Shown here piece by piece: positions 27,132 to 36,456 of a stretch of 64,000 nt of DNA. The stretch is from an uncultured virus (IMG/VR IMGVR_UViG_3300042475_003078) (lineage: Duplodnaviria; Heunggongvirae; Uroviricota; Caudoviricetes). The notes beneath the pieces were generated by a model. That model saw only the letters and a program-made list of their open reading frames with translations, ran no database searches and had not been told where the DNA came from. Position 1 is the stretch's first letter. Each line of letters begins with the position of its first letter. The stretch lies in IMG/VR virus record IMGVR_UViG_3300042475_003078; one strand, written 5' to 3'. Both the position numbers and the translations under genes were made by a program.

Positions 27132-29027
27132 TTAGCGAATTTCACAGCTACCTGCGGTACAGGACAACATCTGAATTCCCTCAACGTTGTCCGTCATCTC
27201 TAGGAAACCATCCCAATCGATGTCGGTTGGCATTAGCTTCAGCATCTCTTCGTATTGATCTCCATTGATTTCCTCATATGGAGCCTGGCGATAAGTGCCT
27301 CCGTCATATGGAAGGAAGCTAACGCCAGTGATTTCATCGAAGTGTTGCCACACCCAAGCACCAACAGCAGGCCATTCCTCTTCCTTCACAGAGATGGTCA
27401 CAGAAGGCTTGTGCTCACACCAGTGACGTTGGAACATCAACCACAGCTTCAGATGCTTCAAAGCATCGATGTGATCGCGCAGAACAGCATCACCATCTGA
27501 CTTCATCGGGAAGGAGAAGACAGTGGTGCTTTCTGGCTTCATCACACAAGGCTCAGCGGGGAAGCCTGCTTGCTTCATGAAATCCGTCAGAGGATCTTTG
27601 TTGTCACTGCGGACACGACGGATGTAATAGGCAGAGTGTTGTGGATGAATACCACTGGCAGTGCCTGTCAGTTGTGATGCTGTTCCCTCAGGCTTGACAC
27701 AGGTGATAGCAGCCGAGACGTTGATGCCAATGTCAGCAGCAAACTTGGCGTTGGTTTCAACGGAGATGGCCCTCAGAGTCTCAAGAATAGCAGGTAACTC
27801 AGGATTGTCTGGGTTGTTCAGCAGAGCGTTGTCAAGAATGCCCGTCATAGACACACCCAACAGACGCTCTTGTTCTGTGTTGGTCTGCCAAATCTTTCGC
27901 AGATATGGGAAGTTGGTCATCGTCGATTGAAAGGTGCCCAAGATCGTTGCCATAGCAACCTTATCAACCAATCGCTCCACAGTATCACTGCTACGAACAG
28001 CAATGGTAGATAGATTGCAAAATTGATAAGGACGAAGAATAATCTCGCTGCAAGGGTTCGTACCCCACTCATGTCCTAGTTCTCTCCTTCCATTCTTAGC
28101 TGCTTGGAGATCGCTTGCATAGCGGCTGAAGATGCCTCGCTCACCACTGTGGCTGTCATAGATGGAGCACCACTCACGCATGAACTTACCGACATCAGGC
28201 TTGCTGTCATACACAGCGCTGTTGTTTGCAAGAGCACGCTGACCGTTGCCGTCCCACCAACTTCCTGCCTTAGCGTGCGCCATGCGATCATCGCTGAGAT
28301 CAGACAATGAAATCATTGCACTACGACGAACACCACCAACCACAACAACTTCACCAATCTTGCACAGGATGTCATGTGCCTCAAGACTGGTCAGCTTACG
28401 ACCTACAGCGCCTTTGAACTTGGCAACAACATACTTGAACAGGTCTTCCAGCGGACCAGGCCCACTGGCACGCCCACCAAAGGTCTTCAATCGTGTGCCT
28501 GAGGGACGCACAGCAGAGACGTCCCATTTTGGGATTTCGCCTGCATAAAGAAGGGCGATGATTTGACGCAAAGACTTTGCCCAACCTTCCTTGGAGTCCT
28601 TGACAACAACCACAGTGTTAGAGTCAAAGAGACGATCAGGTACTTCAGGGAGCTTGTTGACATACTTTTGTTCCACGCTAAAGCCTACACCAGTGCCACA
28701 CAGCAGGATGTACATAGCCTCATCGAACGCCTTAGTGTCGTCAATGGGCATATAGGAGCAGTTGTAACCAGCAACGTTCTGACGCTCCAGAGCCCCACCA
28801 GCGGTCATGATGGCACGCATAGACGGCAACACCTCACGGTTTACCATCTCTGTTTCCAGCTTCTGCCGCAGATCAGCAGGGATGTCGTAGTTGTGGTTCT
28901 TCTTCAGATGAGTCTGCATGAAATCGAAATAGCGCTTGACGCTTTCATGCCAATGCTCACGACGTCCCTTGTCATCAAGGAAACGTGCATAGCGGCTCTT
29001 TGCAATGTAGGTTTGATACGGTGTCAT
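27132..29027 (-). CDS. nrdJ: Class II (B12-dependent, RTPR-type) ribonucleotide reductase
   Basis: YNCS, GTGVGFSVE, VVVGGVRRSA, TNPCSEI, TCVKPEGT and C-terminal C....CE motifs; no nrdB in the window. Confidence 0.93.
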   Translation of the reverse strand: MTPYQTYIAKSRYARFLDDKGRREHWHESVKRYFDFMQTHLKKNHNYDIPADLRQKLETEMVNREVLPSMRAIMTAGGALERQNVAGYNCSYMPIDDTKAFDEAMYILLCGTGVGFSVEQKYVNKLPEVPDRLFDSNTVVVVKDSKEGWAKSLRQIIALLYAGEIPKWDVSAVRPSGTRLKTFGGRASGPGPLEDLFKYVVAKFKGAVGRKLTSLEAHDILCKIGEVVVVGGVRRSAMISLSDLSDDRMAHAKAGSWWDGNGQRALANNSAVYDSKPDVGKFMREWCSIYDSHSGERGIFSRYASDLQAAKNGRRELGHEWGTNPCSEIILRPYQFCNLSTIAVRSSDTVERLVDKVAMATILGTFQSTMTNFPYLRKIWQTNTEQERLLGVSMTGILDNALLNNPDNPELPAILETLRAISVETNAKFAADIGINVSAAITCVKPEGTASQLTGTASGIHPQHSAYYIRRVRSDNKDPLTDFMKQAGFPAEPCVMKPESTTVFSFPMKSDGDAVLRDHIDALKHLKLWLMFQRHWCEHKPSVTISVKEEEWPAVGAWVWQHFDEITGVSFLPYDGGTYRQAPYEEINGDQYEEMLKLMPTDIDWDGFLEMTDNVEGIQMLSCTAGSCEIR

Positions 29028-29047
29028 TTATTCTTCCTCACAGATAC

Positions 29048-29071
29048 AAAAGGCAGCATCTCTGCTGCCTT
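29048..29071 (-). terminator. Terminator-like hairpin after mazG
   Basis: AAGGCAGCA/TGCTGCCTT stem followed by T-run on the minus strand. Confidence 0.55.
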
Positions 29072-29100
29072 AACAAAACGGGGTCGGTGGTTATATCACA

Positions 29101-29421
29101 TTAGCGTTCGTCTCCACTACCTCCTATGACGTTACGTTGTTGACGAGAGTATAGCTTGTTGATGTTGTACATAGCCACTTCAGACAACGGGATGTCATAC
29201 ATCTTAGCAATGCTTGAGACAAACCACAAGACATCACCAAGCTCTTTCTTCAGCATCTCTGTGTAGTTGTCTGAATAACCGTCTCTAATGGCTTTAGCAC
29301 GAAGGCTACAAACTTCTCCAACTTCACCAGCTAAGCCATTGAATAGATATTCATTGTTCTTAGCTGAGTCAAGCGCAAACTTCCAAGACTGCTGTTGGTA
29401 GGTGTCAAAGTCATTCATCAT
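29101..29421 (-). CDS. mazG: MazG-like NTP pyrophosphohydrolase
   Basis: GLAGEVGEV, KELGDVLW and N..KL..R..R..I.GSGD.R motifs. Confidence 0.85.
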   Translation of the reverse strand: MMNDFDTYQQQSWKFALDSAKNNEYLFNGLAGEVGEVCSLRAKAIRDGYSDNYTEMLKKELGDVLWFVSSIAKMYDIPLSEVAMYNINKLYSRQQRNVIGGSGDER

Positions 29422-29587
29422 CTGTGTACCAATACCTGCAATAGAAGTGTTCACCAAATTCATCGATGAGTGAAGATGGATAACCATTCTCAATCAACCA
29501 TGCTTGATGGTCTGTCACACCGTCAGGGATGGTCTTAGGAAACCCATATCTCCACCCCGACGGTGGATCAATCATAAGCTGTTTCAT
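29411..29587 (-). CDS. 58-aa hypothetical protein (IDPPSGWRYGFPK), not in the ORF track
   Basis: Translated by hand; overlaps its neighbours' start/stop codons. Confidence 0.6.
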   Translation of the reverse strand: MKQLMIDPPSGWRYGFPKTIPDGVTDHQAWLIENGYPSSLIDEFGEHFYCRYWYTDDE

Positions 29588-30462
29588 GCTGTGTTGGTTC
29601 CGTAGTAGCTGCCGTCAGGTAAACTGTTGTGACAAGTGCTTGAAGGCTTCTGCGGCACATAAGGGGACTTGTCCGTTACCAATGGCTTTAAGTCGGTCCA
29701 CCCGAGCGGCCACCCCATCAACCACTCTACCCACGTTGGGTTCAGTTTGCCACCAACCACAGTCGCTAAACCATCCCCGCTGGTCGCGCTGGCTCCCTTG
29801 CGGTTGTAGTTCCCGCAGACTGTTGGAGTGGGCCACATCTCTGGCACCTTCCCTTGCGCCTTGCGAACATCCCTTCCGGCAATGGCTGACGCTTCCTCCA
29901 GCGACAACTCCCCGGCCAGCCACTTCTTCCGCATGATCCGCTGCGTTCCTTCGCATGGCATCGCTGACGCTGTCGGTGTGGGCCACAATCCACATTCTTT
30001 CTCTTTTGTGCGGAGCACCGACATCGGCTGCTCCCAATACAGCCCATCTTGCATCATACCCGAGCGAGGTAAGGTCTTTGAGGACTCTGACAAGTCCTCT
30101 AGTACGTAGGGCTGGGCTGTTTTCAACGAAGACATATTTTGGTTGTACTTCTCCGATGATTCGTGCCATGTGATACCACATTCCACTTCTTGCTCCGTTG
30201 ATTCCAGCACCTTTTCCTGCTGTTGATATGTCCTGGCACGGAAAGCCTCCAGATACGACGTCAACAATTCCTCTCCACGGTTTTCCGTCAAAGGTTTGAA
30301 CATCATCCCAAATCGGGAAAGTCGGGAGAACGCCGTCATTCTGTCTGGCGGCAAGTACGCTTGCTGGATAGGGTTCCCATTCAACGGCGCAGACGGTTCT
30401 CCATCCGAGCAAATGTCCCCCAAGAATTCCTCCACCAGCGCCTGCGAAAAGAGCCAACTCAT
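29584..30462 (-). CDS. Overlapping-frame methyltransferase partner (beta-like; WPTP repeats and motif IX-like segment)
   Basis: 292-aa open frame with LWPTP/MWPTP and KLNPTWVEWLMGWPLGWT; ATG directly after the thyX stop. Confidence 0.7.
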   Translation of the reverse strand: MSWLFSQALVEEFLGDICSDGEPSAPLNGNPIQQAYLPPDRMTAFSRLSRFGMMFKPLTENRGEELLTSYLEAFRARTYQQQEKVLESTEQEVECGITWHESSEKYNQNMSSLKTAQPYVLEDLSESSKTLPRSGMMQDGLYWEQPMSVLRTKEKECGLWPTPTASAMPCEGTQRIMRKKWLAGELSLEEASAIAGRDVRKAQGKVPEMWPTPTVCGNYNRKGASATSGDGLATVVGGKLNPTWVEWLMGWPLGWTDLKPLVTDKSPYVPQKPSSTCHNSLPDGSYYGTNTA

Positions 30463-30466
30463 TCAC
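29615..30466 (-). CDS. DNA cytosine-C5 methyltransferase (alpha-like)
   Basis: Motif I LFAGAGG, IV GFPCQ, VI ENS, VIII H.RER and X LKAIGNG. Confidence 0.9.
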   Translation of the reverse strand: MNELALFAGAGGGILGGHLLGWRTVCAVEWEPYPASVLAARQNDGVLPTFPIWDDVQTFDGKPWRGIVDVVSGGFPCQDISTAGKGAGINGARSGMWYHMARIIGEVQPKYVFVENSPALRTRGLVRVLKDLTSLGYDARWAVLGAADVGAPHKRERMWIVAHTDSVSDAMRRNAADHAEEVAGRGVVAGGSVSHCRKGCSQGAREGARDVAHSNSLRELQPQGSQRDQRGWFSDCGWWQTEPNVGRVVDGVAARVDRLKAIGNGQVPLCAAEAFKHLSQQFT

Positions 30467-31089
30467 ACCTTCTCCTTTAATGAAGGTAAAAGATTGTAGA
30501 CAATTTCTTTACACTGCTCTGCTACATCTCTGTGCTCCTTTTGTGTAGCAACATCACATCGAACATCAATGTAATGCAACCAGCTTCGCACTGTACCATT
30601 GACATACATCCTCGACATCGTCAGCCCTTCAGGCAACACCTTCCGAGCCACTTCCTTTGCTACACCATTTGCCAGCGCTTGCTCATAAGCCTGTCTAGCC
30701 TTGATCCACACCGACACTTGCTGCTCTGTCCACCAACGTGTTAACTCTCGGTCTTCAGTGGGGATGGAGTTTTGTCTGTTCTTGTTGTCTTGTAGCCTGG
30801 CTTCACCGACGCTGTAGTCAGTGACTTCAGCATAGCGCTGGCTAAACTCTTGGAAGCTGAAGCTGCGATGTCGAAGAATCTGACGGGCAATGTCTCTTGT
30901 TGTTTCCAGTTCTATACAGATGTTGCCCATTTCAAACACAGACCAATGTCCATGCTTCATGCAATAGCGCAACAACTTACCTGCTGTTGCGTCGTTGCTT
31001 TGATTGCTAGGGTTGCTCACCCGAGCGCAATAGGCAACGACGCTCTCCAGATTAGGCGTTGCCCAGATCAGCTTCGCTCTTGCCGTCAT
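30463..31089 (-). CDS. thyX: Flavin-dependent thymidylate synthase
   Basis: HWSVFE, RQILRHRSFSFQEFSQRY and E.AR.VLP motifs. Confidence 0.95.
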   Translation of the reverse strand: MTARAKLIWATPNLESVVAYCARVSNPSNQSNDATAGKLLRYCMKHGHWSVFEMGNICIELETTRDIARQILRHRSFSFQEFSQRYAEVTDYSVGEARLQDNKNRQNSIPTEDRELTRWWTEQQVSVWIKARQAYEQALANGVAKEVARKVLPEGLTMSRMYVNGTVRSWLHYIDVRCDVATQKEHRDVAEQCKEIVYNLLPSLKEKV

Positions 31090-31255
31090 CGTCCACTTCC
31101 TTAATAGAAATTGGAGACTCGTCCAGCCTATCCACAAACTCTGTCAGAGCTTTTGTGATGGTGGTACGAAGAATGAGTTGCACTTCTTCATATGTCAACT
31201 CATAAGAAACCAAAGCACTACCATCTTCCTGTTCAATTACTTCATGAATCTGCAT
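31052..31255 (-). CDS. Hypothetical protein
   Basis: AAGGAG RBS; packed in the operon. Confidence 0.6.
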   Translation of the reverse strand: MQIHEVIEQEDGSALVSYELTYEEVQLILRTTITKALTEFVDRLDESPISIKEVDDDGKSEADLGNA

Positions 31256-31266
31256 CTCTGTTCTCC

Positions 31267-31521
31267 TTAGACGCGAATATATTGATCTTCAGGATCAATA
31301 CCGTTCTTGATGTCTTGTGCTTCATCGCTGGTGAAGTAGTAGTCAAACAATACTTCCATTCCCTTCATCGTCCTCAACGTCACAAGCTGATCTTCAGGAT
31401 GACGATGTTCAAAATCATCCCCTTCAGCTTCCTTCTTCAAGTCAAAGTAGTCCTGCTTTAGGATGCACTTGAAGAAGCCATAGGCTGTGTCGTAGTCCAG
31501 CTTTAGTGTGATGTCATTCAT
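31267..31521 (-). CDS. Hypothetical protein
   Basis: ATGA coupling with the upstream ORF. Confidence 0.6.
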   Translation of the reverse strand: MNDITLKLDYDTAYGFFKCILKQDYFDLKKEAEGDDFEHRHPEDQLVTLRTMKGMEVLFDYYFTSDEAQDIKNGIDPEDQYIRV

Positions 31522-31892
31522 TTCTTTCTTTCCTTTCGTTCAAGAAGTGTCTTCTTTGTGTGGCATTCTTTACAAAGTACCTGCAATTTGTCCATTTCGA
31601 CGTACAACCTTTCGATGAATACGTCCCAACTGACGAAGCCCTGCTTAGGGTCAACAACAGGATCGATGTGGTCTACAGCAATGTTCTTTGATGTAAAGAC
31701 ACCGCTGCATTGAGCACATCGATAGTGCAGGGCTAGTTTACCAGTGTCTTTGTTGATCTGTCTACCTACTTCAGCATCCTTCAGCACACGCCATTTGACA
31801 GGCCACCTATGAGACGCTGATCTTAGAGCACTGACAACAAAGCTACGGAACCTAGCCTCTGTCCATTGTCCGCTGTTGCGTAGCTTCACCAT
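31518..31892 (-). CDS. HNH-type endonuclease
   Basis: CAQC...VDHIDP...LQVLCKECH..KT. Confidence 0.8.
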   Translation of the reverse strand: MVKLRNSGQWTEARFRSFVVSALRSASHRWPVKWRVLKDAEVGRQINKDTGKLALHYRCAQCSGVFTSKNIAVDHIDPVVDPKQGFVSWDVFIERLYVEMDKLQVLCKECHTKKTLLERKERKK

Positions 31893-32182
31893 CCAAATGG
31901 TTCTGTGCTGCGGATGGGTAGGTCAAACAACTCAAGCTGCTTAGGCTGCTCAGGCTGCTTAGGAATAGTGACAAGCCCTTCCTTCTCCCTCCGCTCAATC
32001 TCCCTGTTGATGTACCAGGCAGCTTTCCGTAGGTCTTCAATGTCGTTGCCTTTGTGATCAGCACGCCATAGATATTTGACAGCGTTGCCAACACAGAAGC
32101 TCATGTGCTCTGTCACTTCTATGCACTCAATGCCGCTGGGATGGGCGGTGTAGTGCTGTGGATGATTGATATTGTCCTTCAT
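31886..32182 (-). CDS. DUF3310 / T7 gp1.7-like protein
   Basis: NHP.HY, IECI, GNAVKYLWR and EDL.KA.WY motifs. Confidence 0.85.
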   Translation of the reverse strand: MKDNINHPQHYTAHPSGIECIEVTEHMSFCVGNAVKYLWRADHKGNDIEDLRKAAWYINREIERREKEGLVTIPKQPEQPKQLELFDLPIRSTEPFGW

Positions 32183-32877
32183 TGTTGTTCCTTTGTCGGT
32201 GGTGTCCACATTTGTCCTTTGTAGCGTCTAAGCCACAGCAGCCTACCATTCTCAACAACTCTGTCTACGTTTCCTTCATAGGCTTCAACACAGACATTGA
32301 ACATATCTACTTCTGTGCTGATTTCCTCCAACATCCTAGCAGCCTTCACAGGACCAACGCCTCTGATGCCGATGATGTTGTCAGCAGAATCTCCCATCAA
32401 TATTTGTTGATAGAAGAATTTGATGGCTTCATCGGGAGTGATGAAGAGATGTTCTCGTTTGACGTAGTTGTAGAAGTGAGTAGGTATTTGCTTGAAGTCT
32501 TTATCAACGCTGATGATGCAGCACTGATGTTGTAGCTTGGTTGATTCGATGGCGATGAGGTCATCTGCTTCTTCGTTGACAGCAACAACAGCCTTCCATT
32601 GCTTCTTCAAATAAGCCTTCACCTTCTTCAGATGCTTTGGCTTCGGCTGTGTTCTGTTGCCTTTGTATGGTGCAGTGGTGGCTATGGCTTTTCTGAAGTT
32701 GGTGTCTCCAGATAGATACAGCTTCCATTGGTCATACCATCTATCAACGTAGTCGCACGATAACAACGCCCCTGTTACGATGCTGTCTACAGTGTGATAG
32801 GCAACTTTGACGTCTTCTTCTTCACACGCCGCTGCTGCCCTATACGCCATAGTGTCAGCGTCCAGGAGCGCTATCAC
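32179..32877 (-). CDS. 5'-3' exonuclease (T7 gp6-like)
   Basis: DAD..AY, YKGNR, EADD, DKD..QIP and GD.ADNI.G..GVG motifs. Confidence 0.9.
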   Translation of the reverse strand: MIALLDADTMAYRAAAACEEEDVKVAYHTVDSIVTGALLSCDYVDRWYDQWKLYLSGDTNFRKAIATTAPYKGNRTQPKPKHLKKVKAYLKKQWKAVVAVNEEADDLIAIESTKLQHQCCIISVDKDFKQIPTHFYNYVKREHLFITPDEAIKFFYQQILMGDSADNIIGIRGVGPVKAARMLEEISTEVDMFNVCVEAYEGNVDRVVENGRLLWLRRYKGQMWTPPTKEQQ

Positions 32878-33037
32878 TCTTTCACCTCTCGCACCAACTT
32901 AGCGTCATCAATGATGTGTCCTTGTTGCTCTTGCATCTGTTGAACGATGTAGCCAGCAAGATGATGCTTGCCAATCATTCTCAGAGCTTGAATAAGGACA
33001 GACACATCCTCTTCAGACGGCAGTTTGATGCGAAACA

Positions 33038-33433
33038 TCAGAGGGCTTCGTCGTCGTCAATCTTGCCGCCACCACCGCCACCAAACTCAACAAGCTCGGT
33101 GATGACAATCTTTTGCAGAGAAGGTGACACACCCTTCTTATTCTTGTACTTCCATTCGTAGCTACCAATGATGCACTTGGCTTTGCTACCATTGCCAATC
33201 TTCTCTTCAATCTCATCACCGTCAGTGTCCAAGACCTTGATGGGACGGGCAGACTTGCAAGTGATGTACTTGCCCATCCCTTCCTTTTCCTTCACCTCAA
33301 TCTGCATTGCTTCCAGCGCTTCAACAGCAGCGTCTGACAATTGAGTCAGATCCATCTGCCACTTTCCCGACATCTCATTCGGTTCTTTGTTGAAGCACCA
33401 CATCACAACAGCTTTGAGCTTTACTGAATCCAT
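33038..33433 (-). CDS. Single-stranded DNA-binding protein (gp2.5-like)
   Basis: IGNGSK motif, acidic tail DDDEAL, located between PolA and the exonuclease. Confidence 0.7.
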   Translation of the reverse strand: MDSVKLKAVVMWCFNKEPNEMSGKWQMDLTQLSDAAVEALEAMQIEVKEKEGMGKYITCKSARPIKVLDTDGDEIEEKIGNGSKAKCIIGSYEWKYKNKKGVSPSLQKIVITELVEFGGGGGGKIDDDEAL

Positions 33434-33570
33434 TTTCACTTCCTCGAGTTGTGCCACAGAATTGAACACGCTGTGGCTTCGTGTTGCTGGTTACGATAGT
33501 CCAGCGTTGCTGCCGCCCGGATGTCCGAGCCTTCTGTGCTGTATCTACAACACAGGCAACCGATCAAGCA

Positions 33571-35388
33571 TCAATGACATTCTCGCCAGTTTGCACCAAC
33601 TTTACCTTCGGCGTCAACGGGGCAGCGAAATTGTAGCACCTCACCAGCAATGTTGGCAGCTTTTTCAATGAGCCTAGCAGCCTGCTCTGCCTGTGCGGGC
33701 AACACAGAATATTGCACTTCGTCATGCACCCACGCCATCAGCTTAGCGTCTACGTTGTGCTCACGGAGCAGCCTATCAGCCTCTACAAGCCATTGCTTGG
33801 CGATGATGGCACCTGCCCCTTGGAGCAACGTATTCAACGCAGCATGGTCGCTTCTGATGCGAATGCGACGGCCATCCAAGCCTGGCACATGACCCTTCTT
33901 CACAAACTTAGACAGCTTCTGCTTCAGAGGAGCAAGGCCGGGTGTGTTGTTGATGAAGTTGTCAATGAGCTTCTTGCCTTTGGTGCTGCTCACACCAACA
34001 ATAGAGCCTGCCTTCTCAGCACCAGCACCATACAGCACCCCATAAGTCAACGTCTTTGTTAGATTGCGGATGCGCTTGTGCTCTGCGTTGTCTTCCTTCA
34101 CCGTCCCCTTAGGCACCAACCCAAAGCTCTGTGCATTCATCCAATGCACATCACCCTTCAACAACTCATTTGTCCAACCATCATCATTCAGATAGTGAGC
34201 AAGACAGCGTAGCTCAATGCCACTCAAGTCAACACCGACTTGGCTACGTCCTTTACCTGCATACCACACTTCTCTGCACTCTGGTCCATACGGTGAAGAC
34301 ACGTTAGGAATCTGTGCCATGTTGGGGCTGCTGTGTGTAGCTCTGCCTGTGACAGCACCACAGGTGATGATGGAGCCATGAACCTTGCCGTCGTCCTGCA
34401 CAGCATCGAGCCAGCTACTGATCATGGACACCCTCTTCTGAACCATCAAATATTCATTGAGCAGCTTAGCCTCTGGCTTGTCAATGCCTGCTAGGACATC
34501 TTCATTAATTATCCAAGAGCCCTTCTCTGTCTTCTCTGTTAGCTCAACACCAAAGGATTGAAGACGCTCTGCAATTTGTTGTCTGCTGCCAGGATTGAAA
34601 GGATGTACCTTCACCTTCAGAGGGCCTGGTAGAGCTTCCTTGATGAGCTTGTTAGGCTTGTCTACACCAGCTTCCTTCAGCATCTCCAGCAGCGCTGTCT
34701 TCGTTGGTGCCTTATGCTCACGCCATTTCTCATCAACTACTTCCCAATACTCTGGTGTCTTAGTTTCCTCATACGTCGGTGGACATACATCTTGTAGGCG
34801 ATTCTCAATGTCAGCCATCCTACCTGACAACGAAGCCATAAGAGTCTGAGCTTTAGGGACATCCAGCGAATATCCATTGTCTTCCATCCTTTTGCAGATG
34901 TGAGCAACTTGGTGTTCTAGTTCAATGCTCTTGTCGCTGAAGCCCATAGACTTCATCTCTTCCTTCAGATGGTTGTATAGCTGCTCGAGGACGTTGACGT
35001 CTTGAACGCAATAGTCTTCCATCTCCTGTGACCAACCACCATCAAAGTCAGTGAAATCGCCTTTGGTGTTTCCAAAACGGATGCCCCAACTCTTCAGCGA
35101 ATGCTTACCAGCCTTTGGATCTTCCTCAGGCGGTAGTAGCTCTGGGTTGTACAGCCTAGACATCACCAACGTATCAACCTGCTGATGTTGAGGCACTGAC
35201 ACCTTCCACACCCTCTCCAGCACAGGGAAGTCAAACCCAATGCCGTTATGGGCACACACTTCTTCACCATCGAGATAGTTCTGTAGTCCTGTCCTTTCCT
35301 TCCAAACTTTGGTGACACCTTCTTTCTTTGTCACACAAAGCCAGATGGTGTCATGCTTCAGATTTGTCTCGATGTCGAGAAAGATCAT
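33571..35388 (-). CDS. polA: Family A DNA polymerase
   Basis: Exo I DIET, HNGIGFD, motif A DLSGIELR, motif B KTLTYGVLYG, motif C VHDE. Confidence 0.96.
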   Translation of the reverse strand: MIFLDIETNLKHDTIWLCVTKKEGVTKVWKERTGLQNYLDGEEVCAHNGIGFDFPVLERVWKVSVPQHQQVDTLVMSRLYNPELLPPEEDPKAGKHSLKSWGIRFGNTKGDFTDFDGGWSQEMEDYCVQDVNVLEQLYNHLKEEMKSMGFSDKSIELEHQVAHICKRMEDNGYSLDVPKAQTLMASLSGRMADIENRLQDVCPPTYEETKTPEYWEVVDEKWREHKAPTKTALLEMLKEAGVDKPNKLIKEALPGPLKVKVHPFNPGSRQQIAERLQSFGVELTEKTEKGSWIINEDVLAGIDKPEAKLLNEYLMVQKRVSMISSWLDAVQDDGKVHGSIITCGAVTGRATHSSPNMAQIPNVSSPYGPECREVWYAGKGRSQVGVDLSGIELRCLAHYLNDDGWTNELLKGDVHWMNAQSFGLVPKGTVKEDNAEHKRIRNLTKTLTYGVLYGAGAEKAGSIVGVSSTKGKKLIDNFINNTPGLAPLKQKLSKFVKKGHVPGLDGRRIRIRSDHAALNTLLQGAGAIIAKQWLVEADRLLREHNVDAKLMAWVHDEVQYSVLPAQAEQAARLIEKAANIAGEVLQFRCPVDAEGKVGANWRECH

Positions 35389-35558
35389 GTGTGTGGCTTT
35401 CGCTTCTCTGTGTCGTTGGTGAAGATGCCGCCGTGTCCGTAGAAGTGTTCGTTCAAACGCAGCGCTGCATGGGCGAAGTAGTTGTGGTTGTGTTTTGACG
35501 TTTCATGCATGCTGCGTAGGAACGCTAACACTTCTTCTAAGGTTTGTTGTGGTGTCAT

Positions 35559-36369
35559 TTACATCACCTCATATTTAATTTCATAGCCTTTTTCTTCCAT
35601 CCAGATCATCCATTGCCTGAACTTTGTCACATGTTCCTTTCCTTGATTAACTATTTCAACCCCAATGGGTTCACGCTCCTGCATGAAGTCATCATCAGCG
35701 TATATAGGCCACTGCTCATCGACACTGCACTCACGCAGCACCCAATCAATGTAGACCTGTGCTGGGTCGTTGCTCTTAACAATCTCGTATGTCACCTCAG
35801 TTGGTGTTTGCAAGGCGTCAAAGACAGTCACCTGAGTCTCTGTCTGTTTCTTTCCTTTCTTGTCCTTGAAAGAAACTACACGGGTGGCGTAGATGTAGAT
35901 GTTCATGCTCATTTTGTTTCTTCCATTCCAAAATGTTGTTTCATTTCCTGAGCCGCTGTGTGTCCATGCCATCGGCAGTGGTGGCACGCAATGGCAGCAC
36001 ATAGGTTGACAATGGCCTCAGCAAACTTCTTTTCCCACTCTAGATCGTCTGCCGCATAGACAGGAAAATGATATCCCATCTCACTGTCAGTCTCTTTCGC
36101 TAAAGTTTCAATGATGTCGTTGTTCACTTCACTTCATCCATTTCAAAATGTTTCTTGATGTTGTACGACGCTGTGTAATGCGCTGCCCAATCGCTTATGC
36201 GTACACATTCATTCACAACAAGTTCTCCATACTTCTGTCTGAAGATGTCCTCCCAAGGATGGGAGGTCTTTGGCATACCTAGAAGCTCAGCATAAGCCAG
36301 TGTCTCAGCTTCTTTGGCAAGGGTGTAGAAGATGTCATTCATAGCGCTGTTTCCTTTCATAGTCTGCAT
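35559..36369 (-). other. Three small hypothetical CDSs (35559-35912, 35909-36127, 36124-36342)
   Basis: Tightly coupled minus-strand ORFs; the latter two share an MND.....LAKE...F...IV..C...HF.M.E.K pattern. Confidence 0.55.
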
Positions 36370-36456
36370 GGCTTATATTGGCGCATATTGGCTCATATCG
36401 GCTCATATCTGCCAAATTTCATTGGCTCAGTTTGGCTCAGGTGTAGAAGACGTCGC

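Noticed and set aside
34560..34800. DnaJ-type zinc-finger insertion in PolA (HMO-2011-type hallmark)
   Set aside because: No CxxCxGxG repeats; only a short Cys-free thumb insertion is present.
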